Numbered from the whole stretch's first letter, positions 12,101-24,478 are shown. The stretch: 63,147 nt of DNA, filler included, from Ministeria vibrans ATCC 50519 (GCA_943704425.1; 6 parts of 6 records of this genome joined end to end with filler, not necessarily neighbours in it); one strand, 5' to 3'. The notes: a model not told the origin generated them from the sequence alone. A program made the numbers and translations.

Positions 12101-15100
12101 GTGGGCGACTCTGCTGCCGTCGAGAATGCCATCTTGGCGCGCTCACGTCGTGCCAACCCAACCGACGAGGAAATGTCTAGCGCTTGCTCGTGCATCGGAA
12201 CTGGCCAGTGCCGTCGCTTTGATGTACGCCGCATTCACACCACTACCTGTGTGCGCTGCCCGTCGGGTGCGTACTCCCAGGGTGACGCCTGTGTTTTCTG
12301 CCCGACCGGGCAACATCTCACCGCTGACGGTATCTGTCGCAAGTGTACTTCGCTCGAGGAGGTTTTTGCAGGCTGGTGTCTGCCCAAGTCTTTGCCCAGC
12401 AGCGTGCCGGGTCTCAAACCCAACTACTGCGTTGACCCGTTCCGCGCCCGCGCCGCCAACGGTTGGGATGCAAACCCGACTATGTACAACTTCCTCCACG
12501 TCATTGGCTCCATGACCTTTCTTGCTCCCACCATTCGTTTTTTCCCCAAGATGAATCGTCGCCCTTTTCTCTTTTCCCTCTCCACCGACGTTGAATGGCT
12601 AGGTTTCAACTGTCCGCTTGAGGTACGTCTGGCTCAAAAGGACCCGGGTGCTGCACCGGTGCCAACGGCTGGCCGTCGACGTGCTGCCGGTCTCGTTGGC
12701 GCTATGCTGCAGGGTCTCACGTTTACCATCGAGATCACTCTCGTGCAAATCTCAAACGTCATCTCCATGATTACATCTGCCATCGCTGGCGACAGTGTCG
12801 GTGCCATAATCACCAAGTTTACGCCACGCGACGTCGACGTGCGCATTGCCTTTACCTACTCGGGCATGGAACGCGATCTCTTGTCCATGCCCGACCTGCG
12901 CCCCAACTTCCGCGCCTACCANNNNNNNNCACCAAGTTTACGCCACGCGACGTCGACGTGCGCATTGCCTTTACCTACTCGGGCATGGAACGCGATCTCT
13001 TGTCCATGCCCGACCTGCGCCCCAACTTCCGCGCCTACCAATTTGCCATGCGCGTTCCTGAGGGATTTTCTATGCTACTGTCGCTCCAGCTGCCGCCCAC
13101 CAGCAGCGCCGACTGTGGCGAAATTTGCCAGTTTGTCCACAAAAATATCGGCGACATTTTCATCCTCCTGTATATCGGCATCAACCCGGGTGACCCCAAG
13201 GAAAACATCGCGCCCATCGTTGAGTATGGTGCCAGCCTAGGAGGCTTTGTACTCTCACGCGACTCAAACACGTGTCCCGTCGTGACGCTCGCCGAACTCG
13301 GATTCTTTGCTATGCTCTCGCCTGACCCAACCAAGAACAAGCTTGGCTTCCGCGCGGGTCTCTCCCTCGACATGGGCCGTGTCGAGAAGACCCAGCCAAA
13401 CACGGGCACGTGTACTCCCCTCAACACGCTCTTGTTCACCCTTACTATCACCATTGATTCGAACCAGCTCACACTCGATGCCCGCATGATTGGCGTCTGG
13501 CCCAATGCTTTTGGTCTCCAACACTTTTACTTTGGCAATGCTCGTCTGCTTGTGGGCGTCGGCGTTGCAACGGGTCTCACTTCCTTTGGCCTGGGTGCCG
13601 ATGTGCGCTACGGCCGAGTTGGCTGCTCAAGGGTTGAAGGTGGCATCTCGAAGCTCGACGAGAAGCGTGGTTGCATTGGCGGCAGTCTCGACTTCCTCAT
13701 CGATACGGTCGAGCCGCTGAACAACTATTTCTTTGGCGCCCTCTACGGCATGACCATCGATGAGATTATGGCGGCTGTCATGGACGACAAGAGTTACCAG
13801 GATGTCTCGTCAGACATGCCCGCCGACCTGCTCAGCTTGGGCTTTCCCCGTCCGCCCGCCAGTCAGCCTCAGGGCAACCCGCGCATCAGCTTCACACTCA
13901 ACCCTATGGGTCGTTCGTCGCCGGCGCGCATGATTCCCTACGGCTTCCAGTTTTACGGCCATGTGAAGATTATGAGTTTTGAGGCAGGCGCCGACATTGT
14001 CTTCTTGCCGCTGCCCAACGACCCTACCGTCTTGAAGGTGAAACTCTGGCTCAAGCACGCCTTCAACATTGGCGGCAAGATTTCGCTGCAGCGCACCTGC
14101 GATGACAATGTTAACGGCCCCTACTTCTTTGTCAACGTTGTACTCTCGCCAACCGCGATTTTCCAGGCCAAGAGTCCGCTCAAGGAATTGGAAGTGAACA
14201 TCAGTGCGGCAGGACGCTTCTTTGGCGCTTGCAGCGGTATCATTGTGCAAATCAGCAAGAGCAAGTCGCGCATCGAGATCAACGATGTTCCCTTCCTCGT
14301 CGTGCTGCGTGCCTTTGTCACAATCGAGGCGGACTACGGCTCGGTTGCCGACTCGCGTTTCATGGTCGACCTCAAGATTACTGGAGTGCGTCTGCGTCGC
14401 ATTCTCAGCAACATTCGGCAGACGTTGCAACAGGCGTCACAATCGTTTAATCAGGCGATGGATCAAGCAAATGAAGACTGCGACCAGTTCTTTTCTGACG
14501 TGGGTGCAGCCTTTGCCGAGGCCGGCAGGGCCATTGCGGAGTTTGCCACTCAGGCGGTCGCCGCCGTTGGTGCCGCTTTCAGGGCGGCAGGCGAAGCTCT
14601 GCTCAAGTTTGGAAAGGCCCTCGGCGAGGGTTTCCTCAATGCCGGCCGAGCGCTCCTCGACGGCATCACCGAGTTTGCGCGCACCGGTGACCTCAGCAAG
14701 CTTGGCAAGGCCATTGCCAAGGCGGCCCAAGAGGCTCTTGCGGGCGTGTTCCGTGCGTTTGGCGCGAGCTGTCCCAAGTACGAGTCCGAGTGCCGACGTC
14801 GCTTCTCATACCTGGAGGGACTCTTGGCCAACTATCAGAAGGCGAAGCAGGAGCAGGTGAAGCAACTTGATCATTTTTCGGCGCGTTATATGGACAGTGT
14901 CAAACGCGGCCTCGACCTTATCAAGGTGGTTGCTTCACCGCCCACCAATTGCGACGAGCTGTGCCAATTGGACAAGCTGAAGCAGGCAGACGTCGAGGCG
15001 GTCATCGCCGCAGATCAAATCAGCTTGTTTGCGGCGGCGCGCGCCAACATTCGCGCGAGCATTCTTGCCGACAAGAGTGTCGCGAACAACATGGTGAAGA

Positions 15101-18100
15101 CCACGACATTGGTTGGTCGTCGTGACACCGACAACACGGAGATTGTCAGCCAACAAGAAGGTGACGGCAGTGTCGGCGAAGTGCTCAACTCGCTCGCACG
15201 CGAACTTACAGCCAGCACCTCGCCGGAACAATTGGTGGAGTGGCGAATGCGTCGATGGGCCGCTATGGTCGACGCCTGGAATTCCGTGGCGCACGAAGTG
15301 ATGGACTGCGACGCTGCCCTTGAAGGCGAACGTGGCGTGTGCGAGGACAACATGAAAAAAATGGCCGAGAGCATGTTTGACCAGTTGATTGCGTACATTG
15401 ACGTGAATGTGACGATGAGCGCGCTCGGCGATGGCGCCGCGCCGCAGCCTCACCGTCTTCTCTCCGAGCGCATCAGCTACTGGCGTACTCTTGTGCAGCA
15501 CGCCATGTACAACAGCAATCCAGCGCGTTCCAAGCAGGCGCAGTTTGCCGACGCGCGCGAGCGTGAGTTTGTTCCGAACCGAGTGACGTTGACAGGGCGC
15601 GCGTGCGTTCCGTTTGTCTTTGAGGCGCAGCACTTTACGGGTTGTACCACTCTCGGCCGAGGTTTCGAGTGGTGTGCCGTCAAGGTGATGCGCCAGACGG
15701 GTCTTGTACAAGAGTGGGAGGAATGCCTGAGCGAATTTTCCTACAGCGAGATGGTTCTTGTTGCGCTCAACAACCAGCCGCTTGAGGAGATGCGTCTGTA
15801 TAGCGCAGTGGACGCATCGCCAATGGCGAACAGCGCAGCGGGCATTAGCTTCTCAGAGGCGTTCGCAAGTGACGGCTCGGCCGCCACCTCGTGGATTCCC
15901 AGGGGGCATGCGAAGGGCGTTCTTGATTTGGAGATTATTTCGGGTGCGTCGCTCACGAATGGCGTGGGCGACATTCCCGACGTGTATGTTCGGGTGCTCG
16001 TGGACGACACACAGGTGTTCATGACCACTACCAAAACGAACGCGCACACGCCCGAATGGAACGAGCGCCTGCACAAGGCGTCTGTCTCGCCGGGCGCCGT
16101 GCTCACCGTTGAGGTGTGGGAGTGTGACGCAGTGACGTCCTCGTGCACGAAACACTCGTCCGCTACCGCCGGCGGCATGTATGGCTACAAGGCGGTGACG
16201 CTGCAGCCGACAGAACTGCCTGCAAACGACAAGGTCACGGTGTACCGTTCGACTGGTGGCACCGGTCACGTCTCGTTCGTTTGGACCTTTGAACTGTCAA
16301 CGCCCGCCGACCACATTGCCTACCCGGCCTCGGGCTATACCAATGCCGTGCGCATCATCATGGCCAACCCAGTTGCCGTGCAAGCGTTTGCCGTTCAATC
16401 AAGCAGCCCACAGGCGCGATGGAAGCTCCTTGGTCGCGTCGCGTCCCAGTGTAGTGCTCGATCGCTTTGGCACACGCTTCACGACGACTCCAATCCTCTA
16501 TTGAACCGAGTCCCTCTTGGCATTACCGAGCCCCTTCTGGGTGGTGCGCCAGTGCTCCCCTTGCGTGCTCCCGAACACCCAGCTCTTAGCCACATTGATG
16601 CTCTGCGCATCACGGTGCACTCATCGCAATTGGGCATGACCAAGAAGATTGTCAGTGGCGACGTGGCGAGCCTCACGGGTCTTGAGTTTCTTCGCGGTTC
16701 CGCCGTCGCCGAGGATGTTTCGATTCTCTCCGTATCCGGCACCAACGTGACCGCTGTGGGCGCATCCAGCTGCCAGGCGGCACTCACCAACGCGAGCCTC
16801 TCATCGACCGAGTGCTCCTTCGTGACGCTTACCATTCGCTTTACGTCCACCGTGCGCGTCACAGGCCTGCGCCTCTATTCCGTTCAGCAGCGTCCAATCA
16901 GCTTCGCGGTTGACGGTCAGTCCGAGTGGACGTGCGAGTGGCGCTCCATGCTGAGCGTTTCCGACTCGGAAGAGCCTACTCAGGACACGACATGGTCGTG
17001 GCGCGAAATTAACGGCCACAGCCTCTCCAAGCGCCTGGCCGTTGCCGATGGCAAAGTGAGCGCCAAGGGTGCTTGGTCTGGCACTACACTATCTGTGGCG
17101 ATTAGTGTCGACGAAAGCGCCCTCGTTCTCTTTGACCTCGAGCCATTCGTGGGTCGCGACGATTCGCTGCTCTCAGCGGTGTTTGCAGCGCACCTGATGG
17201 GAGTTCCCGGCTCGCTCGGTGTCGACGTGGTCGGCGTGGGCTCCACCTACACCAATTGGACGGATCTCGAGACGCAAACCAACGGCCCCGTGGCCGAATT
17301 TGTCGAGGCAGGCTCCATCGTGTGTCACCTGGCCTTTGCAACCGCTGGATACTCGTCGTGCGACGTCACCAGCGTTGTGCGTGCCGCCCTTGTGGCCAAC
17401 AAGCAGTTCCTCACGTTGCGTCTCGTTCCGCTTGGCCTTGACGTCTTTACAGTTGGCCAGCAGGAGGACGCGTCGCGCGCCCCCACTCTCTCCGTGACCA
17501 TGGAGAATGCGCTTGCCGGCTCGCGTGGCTTCCGCACTGGCGGATTTGAACACCTGACAACAATTTCGCACACGTCCTCAGCCAACGTGCGCACTCTGCA
17601 GGCGAGCACCAACGCTGGAATTCCCTCCGTCTTCGAGCGTGGCGTCACACTCATGTCGTGGGTGCGCCTCAAGTCGTCGGCTGAATCTGCGTGCAGCGGC
17701 AGCGACATTCGTACCGTGCTCGCAGCCACGCCGGCCTGGAACAACCTCCAGGCGGCCACGTTGCTGCCAGATGCGTCACCACTGCTCAAGGGAAGTACGA
17801 CGGTGACAGAAAATTGCGAGCGTCGCGCCTACGCGCTCAGCGCCGTCGCGCTCGCCCTCACCTGCGACGGCCGGATTGTCGTGCAGGTGCGCCAGCGCTT
17901 CTGCCAACAATTGGTGCGCACTGTCGAGAGTCAACGCACCGTGGTGCTGCGCGTTCCCTCGCTGGAGGGCAAAGTTGCCTGGCAACACGTGACTGCCGTG
18001 GTGCGTACTGAGGGAAGTGTCGTGGAGTTCTTTGTGGATGGTGTCACGAGCGGTCAGACCCTCTATGATTTTGAAGCCAAGGCGGACACGAAGCTGGCGG

Positions 18101-20294
18101 CACTCCCTGATCGCATGTCGACGCTCAACAGCGTTCTCTATGGTCATCCCATTCCGACATCGCTGATTGCGTCGCGCATGGCGTCATCGCAGCCCTCCTC
18201 CTTGGGCCGTGTAGGCAAGGTGTGTCGCGCCGCGGCCAACGTGCCTCTCTCCTACTGCCCCATGGGCAGCAGTTGCACGGGCGCCGGCTACGCGACAGTC
18301 GGTACTCGACGCGACCTTCTCGATGAGCGCATCTGCGCCCAGGTGTGTCCGACCAATGGCGATACGCGCGACGCGCGTGGCTTCTGTCTGTACGGTGCGG
18401 GCAACGCACCGCTTGGACATCACTGCAAACTGGATGTACACTGTGCGTCACAGCATTGCGACGTGCCGCACGGCAAGACAGACGGCAAGTGTGCCGTCGA
18501 CTATGGCAACACCGGATGCAACACAGGCATTCCGTGTCGCGGCCAGTCAACGAACCGTGCCGAGTGTCTGAATGGTCGATGCATCGAAAAGTGTTACATT
18601 CCCGAGTACGAGCGCACCAAGGTGTCCGGCAAGTGTAGCTTCCAGGGACACTCTGATGTGCGCAACGGCTATCCGTGCGCTTCGGCCCTCGACTGCGAGC
18701 CGGGCAACACGTGCGCACCGGTGCAGCTATGCGCCTCGAACCAAACCAAGGAATTGCGTTGCGTCGCCAAGTGTTTCAAACCGACGATCCTGCATCGCTT
18801 CCTCAAGCTCGACAATCCTCTTGTGAAGGACCCTGGCTTTGGAGAGTATCTTCCCGAGGCGTGTCGAGGCGACGTGGTCAACTCGGGCATGTGTGTGTTC
18901 ACAGGCAACGCCGACGTTCCGGCCGACGGTCCCTGCACCTTTGATGGCCAGTGTCAGCCGCGGACGGGTCACTTTTCCAAGTGTGTCGCGGAACAATGCA
19001 AAGAATTGTGTCTCTTCCCGGACATTCCCAAGGGCACGCGCAATGGTGTCGCAGACTCTTGCCTCATGTCGGGTGATGCAGATATTCTGCCGGGCAAGAC
19101 GTGCACCGCCGACGAACAGTGCTTGCCACGCGTCAACGGCCGTGCCAAGTGCCAGAATGACGTTTGTGTGCAATCATGCAACTATGGCTTCATCAAGACG
19201 CTCGCGTCGGGTCGCTGCGAGTATTCGGGCCTGTACGATATTCCGGTCAACTCGACATGTGAGGTCCGCTCGAACTGTCGACCACGTCCCGAGATTGGCG
19301 GAAGCGCTCGTTGCACTGTGAAGGGCCGCTGCGAGCCGTTGTGCCCTTTCTCGAATGCGCCACCCGTCAAGGTTGGAAATGGGTTTGAGTGTCCCTACAC
19401 GGGCCGACAGGATGTGCCCCTCATGATGAGCTGCACTGAGCACTTCAATTGTCTCAGTGGTCGCTGTACAAATTCATACTGCGAGGCGCAGTGTGTCTTC
19501 CCGGATATTCCTCTCAAGGCCGACGGCTCGTGCAAGTACAAGGGCGAAGGAGACATTCCCGTGGGACTGATGTGCAACGTCAAGGACGAGTGCGCACCAC
19601 CGAAAAATGGCGAGGCGGCATGTATTGCCGGCAAGTGTCAGCATCAATGTCGCATGGACATTGCGCTGCTTGTGATTGACAAGCAGCCCACATGTCAGTA
19701 TAGTGCTCATGGCGATCTGCCCGCGGGCCACGTGTGCACACACAACCTGCAGTGTCGTCCGCGCGGCGGTGGTGCTGCCTCGTGCAACGACAGTGTCTGC
19801 GTGCAACGGTGCTTTATGCCAGGCGTGGCGGTGGACGCACTCGGTGACTGTACGCACAGTGGTGAGTGGGATGTGCCGCCACTGGGCGCGTGCGTTGCCG
19901 ATCGCAACTGTCGTCCGGATCGACCCGATGTGTACATTACGTGCGTTGCCAACAAGTGCCAGGAGCACTGTCTCTTCCAGGACATCCCTGTTCATCCCAC
20001 GACGGGTCTGTGCACGCGTCGTGGCGTTGCCGACTTCCCCGACGGTACTTCCTGCTCGGACGACGAGCAGTGTATGCCGCGCGCGCGAGGTATTGCGCGT
20101 TGCGTGCGCGATGTGTGTCACGCGCTGTGTCGCGTCAATGGTACGACCATCCGTCCCGATGGTAGCTGCGAGTTCACCGGCCAATGGGACATCCCACAGG
20201 GCATGAAGTGCACGGAAACGTCGCACTGTCTGCCGGCACCGCGTGGCCACGCCCTTTGTGTCAACAACAAATGTGAATTTGCGTGCAATGAGCC
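136..20294 (+). CDS. Giant extracellular mosaic protein (EGF, GCC2/GCC3-type Cys-rich, 8x TSP1, beta-rich scaffold, amphipathic helices, FN2, C2, LamG-like, ~10 six-Cys repeats); multi-exon, incomplete at both ends
   Basis: Exon from 136 after tttcaatag ([10 protein letters not shown]...). About ten short GT-AG introns up to 3308, then one long frame. ORFs 2726-13240 and 12958-20346 join once the 111-bp duplicate around the 12922-12929 gap is removed. Motifs: cbEGF-like (NIDECxxxPCxNGGxC), WSxWSxW-C TSP1, CxxCxxGxY repeats. Confidence 0.9.
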
Positions 20295-20338
20295 NNNNNN
20301 NNNNNNNNNNNNNNNNNNNNNNNNNNNNNNNNNNNNNN

Positions 20339-20350
20339 TTAATTAATTAA
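20339..20350. other. Artificial contig linker TTAATTAATTAA within a 100-nt N spacer (also at 25033-25044, 30457-30468, 54080-54091, 59922-59933)
   Basis: Identical palindromic 12-mer with stops in all six frames, flanked by 44 N on each side, five times. Confidence 0.95.
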
Positions 20351-20527
20351 NNNNNNNNNNNNNNNNNNNNNNNNNNNNNNNNNNNNNNNNNNNNAAAAAA
20401 AAAACAAACAACAAAAAAAACAAGCATAATTAAAAATCACAAACGCACACAAAATCACAAAAATATCACATAGTCACATGCAATCAAGAACAACACCCAC
20501 CCACACACTCACAAAAAAACGTCTTAC

Positions 20528-22091
20528 AAGTCGAGTGGACACATCGGGCTGTCCCTTTGCCGTGATGATGACACACGGGTACTGATTGTAGAAGCGGTCC
20601 TCTGCCAATCGCATAAACGCCGCGTCCTTCTCCACCAGCAAAATGAAATCTGCGTCTCCCGCAATGTCTGTAACTCGGTCAATCAGCGGTGGAATCGCCT
20701 GTGCTCACAAGAAAATGTGATGTTTTTTTTTAGGCAAACGTAAGACATTTTCAAGACGGTACCTTTCCTCCCGTTCCCATTTTGGTGCAATCAATGAGGT
20801 CTCCTGCTTCACGGAATGTAATGCGGCCCACCACAACACCCTTCTCCGACGCAACAACTGCTCAGACACACAGAGTGGAGTGAGTTAAAAAAAAATGGGG
20901 TTGCACGTAAGTCACACTCCATAAATCACATCAGTTAAAAAAGAAACAGACATCCGCATACCTGTACAAAACAGACAGGTATAATTATAATTATTTAATA
21001 TAATTATTATAATATAGACATATATAAACAGACAAGGAGAACATACGCACACTCATACCGTGAAGACTGGTGCGAGTACAGCCCACCATGCATGCCACAT
21101 CGTCTAGGATCGGATCAGACGCATCCTGCTTCTCAAATAACTAACATACACAAGGCAAAAAATAAAATAAAATAAAAATAAACGATTTAAATCGCGGGTT
21201 TAAATGAAGTGTCTTACTTTGACGTCGGTATAGAAAAGGTCTCGTTTCGTCACATGAATGTTCCGCAGCAGAACCTACACAAACCATTCTTATCCTTGTT
21301 TCTCTTCATCTCTTCACTGCTTTCCCCTCTTCCTACTTCGTGAATCAACTGCATCACTCGAGTGGTCAACACTGTCTTACGCACAGTGCCAGTGCTGGCA
21401 AACGCGCGAGTGGTCATACCATCCTGTCACACCCAATAAAAAACAAGAAAACACACAGGTTAGTTCACCCTCATGGGATACTCTCAACCAGCATTCTTAC
21501 CCTGAGAATAATACGGTCAATCTCTGGAACATAAAGCTGATTTCCAGCAGCTCGCGACGGCACTTCATATGTCAATCCTACGCAAAACATTGTGTTACAT
21601 GCATAAGACAAGACACAACATCACACCGTCTCATTACCTTTGCCCGCAAGAATGGCTGACGCCGCGCGCAACGCAATCGCCTCAATGGTAGACGCAACAT
21701 CCTCCGCCCCCAGTGTCTTCACCTCGCGGCCTACGCACAATCACACACAGACACAGACAGACAAAACCAAAAACACAACAGATCAGAGACAAAACGCGTT
21801 TTCGACGCACTTACCAACATGTTCAAGATCCAACTGAGCAAGCGTCGTGCGCTCACTCGCATCCTCCTCGCCCAGACGTTTCTTCTCAGCGCGCACGCGA
21901 CGCAACACCGCGTCCGTATCAAGCGCAGAGCCTGCAAAACCACTCTTAGCGTCAAAACACAAAAGAACGTCCAATCACACACCTTTGGACGCCTTTGCCG
22001 CTTTGGCTGCCTTTGCCGGTGACATGGGACCGCCTCTCGAGGCACTCGCCTTGCCAGCAGCCGGAGCCTTGCCTTTTCCTTTCCCACTCAT
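20528..22091 (-). CDS. TOP6A: DNA topoisomerase VI subunit A (SPO11-3/TOP6A type), multi-exon, 3' end lost at contig edge
   Basis: Spliced minus-strand peptides [10 protein letters not shown]..., [38 protein letters not shown] (catalytic Tyr), [77 protein letters not shown] closely match plant SPO11-3. Confidence 0.92.
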
Positions 22092-22165
22092 AAACAAAAA
22101 AAGAAAGACTGGTTAAGAATGATCAAATCCCTTGAGGTGAAATGGTGCAATTAACTTTTATTGCT
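22092..22165. promoter_or_regulatory. Very short (74 bp) putative bidirectional promoter between TOP6A and golgin-84
   Basis: Head-to-head ATGs at 22091 (-) and 22166 (+). Confidence 0.55.
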
Positions 22166-24361
22166 ATGTCGTGGCTCGACCTCCAATCTCTGGCGAACCG
22201 CGCCGAGTCCATGTTGAATCAACTGGACGAGACAGCGGCCGCCACACTGCAGAAGAAAAACGACCAGACGGACTCGGAGGCGGCTCGTTCGCGCCTGGAG
22301 GCAGACGCGGACGCTGCAGCTGCCGTCAAGCGAGCACGCTCGCGAGCCACTGCCGAGGATGCCCTTGCTCAAGTGGCCGGTGCCAAAGTGGCAAAACCAG
22401 CGTCCTCGGCGGCACCAGCGGCCGATCTGAAAAACGGTTCGGATGCCGCCAACGCATCGTCCATCGCATCCACTGCCTCTCCCTCTAGCGCGCCACCCCG
22501 ACTGCCTCCTGCCACCACCACCACCGCCGCTGCCATCACCGGCCTGTCCAGGGAGACGAAGGAGAAGCCCGAGGACCCTATGGTCGCCGAGAACCGGGTG
22601 TTGCGTCGGGAAGTCGCGGCGCTCAACGACGAACTCGTCTCGTTTGCCAGACGCGCCAAAAGCGCCTCGACGGCACTCGAGGAGGAACAGCGTCGAAGTG
22701 CCACGCAAAACGAACAGAGCGAAGCATTGCGTTCGCAACTCAAAGAGCTCCATGAGACGCTGGACAAGTTGCGGCAGGAACGTGACGGTGCACTCACCGA
22801 TCAGGCACACGTCAGTGGCATGCATTCGTCGGTCATCGACTCCCTGACAAGGCGCTGCGACGAGGCTGAGGCGGAACTCGAACGCGAACGTAACGCACAC
22901 GAGCAGACCCGCTCTGAAATTGCCCAGCAACTAAGCGCGCAACACGAAGAGCACGACTCGACGGCGCGCGCTCTCGCCGATACACAACAACAACTGGACG
23001 CGGCGCGCTCTCTCTTGAATGGACACAAGGCAAAAGCGACCAAGGCAAAGCAGGAGTACGACTCGTTGCGCAGCGAGCACGACGAGTACAAGGCACGCGC
23101 GGCGCGCGTGCTCGAGTCCAAAGAGAAACTTATTTCCGAACTTAAACGCAGCGCTGTCAACGGAGGAACCTCTGCAGCAGCTACAACCACGGGTATGGGT
23201 GGTATTGCAGGAGCTGTGTCGCACGCCGAGTTCTTGGAAATGACCAGTGAGCGCGACAATGCACGCGAAGAATGTGCTCTGCTGCGCAACGAAGTGCAAC
23301 AGTTGCGCCACGAACTTCTCGTCGCCGAACAACAGGCTAGTGCTGACGCTGAAGACGCTGCAGAGGAGCTTGCACGAGTGCGCACGGCAGTCGAAGATGA
23401 GACACAGATGCGTCTGGAAGCCGAGCAAGATGCGCTAGTACGTGTCAAGGAGGCAGAGCGTGCGCGTGACGATGCACTACGACTGCGCCAATTGGCCCAG
23501 GCGCAGTTGAGTGAGCGCGACGCAGACATTGAGAAGCTTAGAAGACAAGTACGAACATGAATACGCTCTTGTTATTCACACACACACACACACTCACTCA
23601 CGCTACGCCGTCGTTTGTTTCTAGTTGACGGTGCGTGCGGTGAACTCGTCGGGGACAGAGGAACTTGAGGGACGCGTGCGCACGCTCACCGAGACACTCA
23701 TAAAAAAACAATCCGAGATCGAACGGCGCACTGCTGAATGTTCAACGCTGCGTCTTCAAATTGAAAACGAACGTGCAAAGGTACACTACTATAATATTAT
23801 AATATTTAATAATATTTTTTTTATTTTTTTATTTTATATAATTATATTATTATTATTATTATTACTCATAACCACAATACTTTGTTGTTGTAGAGGGAAC
23901 AAGAGAAGCGGGCGACGGCAGAAGCACAGCGGGCCGAGCAGTACATTGGGTCGTCAGTCATGTCCTCTTCGGGTGTGATGCGACCACTGAGCACACTGGT
24001 GCCACTGGGGCGCGGCGCAACAACCACAAGTGATGGAGGACTGCCGATGACGGTCATGTCGCGCCCTCACGGGGCCCGCGTGGATCGCGTGCGGGAGGCC
24101 GCAAACGCAGTCGATGCCTGCACTGGCAGTGTGGGTCGCTTTCTCTTGCGCTATCCCATTGCTCGTCTCTTCCTTTTTGCTTACATGGTACTATTTACTC
24201 TATTTTCGTGCCATGAGTCACAATACGATTTTTTTTTCGGCTTTTAGGTTCTTCTGCACTTTTGGGTCTTCTTTATTGTCCTGACCTACTCGCCTGAGTC
24301 GCACTCGGACATTGAGCACGCAATGAGCGCTGCCATGTCCAAAATGCCTGTCTCTCCCTAG
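22166..24361 (+). CDS. GOLGA5: Golgin-84 (golgin subfamily A member 5), tail-anchored coiled-coil Golgi tether
   Basis: N-terminus MSWLDLQSLANRAESMLNQLD, long coiled coil, ELEGRVRTLTETLIKKQ, C-terminal GRFLLRYPIARLFLFAYM|VLLHFWVFFIVLTYSPE; 3 introns; TAG at 24359-24361. Confidence 0.93.
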
Positions 24362-24478
24362 CTAGCACAACCCTTCTTCTTCTTTTTCTGTACTCTATAC
24401 TAATAATTCATAATAATAAAATAAATGTTTTATTATTATTTCATGGCAGTTTGAAAACCAAGGTAGCTTTTGTTTTCA

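Noticed and set aside
12811-13040. Apparent tandem duplication and frameshift splitting the giant gene
   Set aside because: An exact 111-bp repeat flanks an 8-N gap, and the same 111-bp length recurs at the 48719 gap. This points to an assembler overlap artefact.
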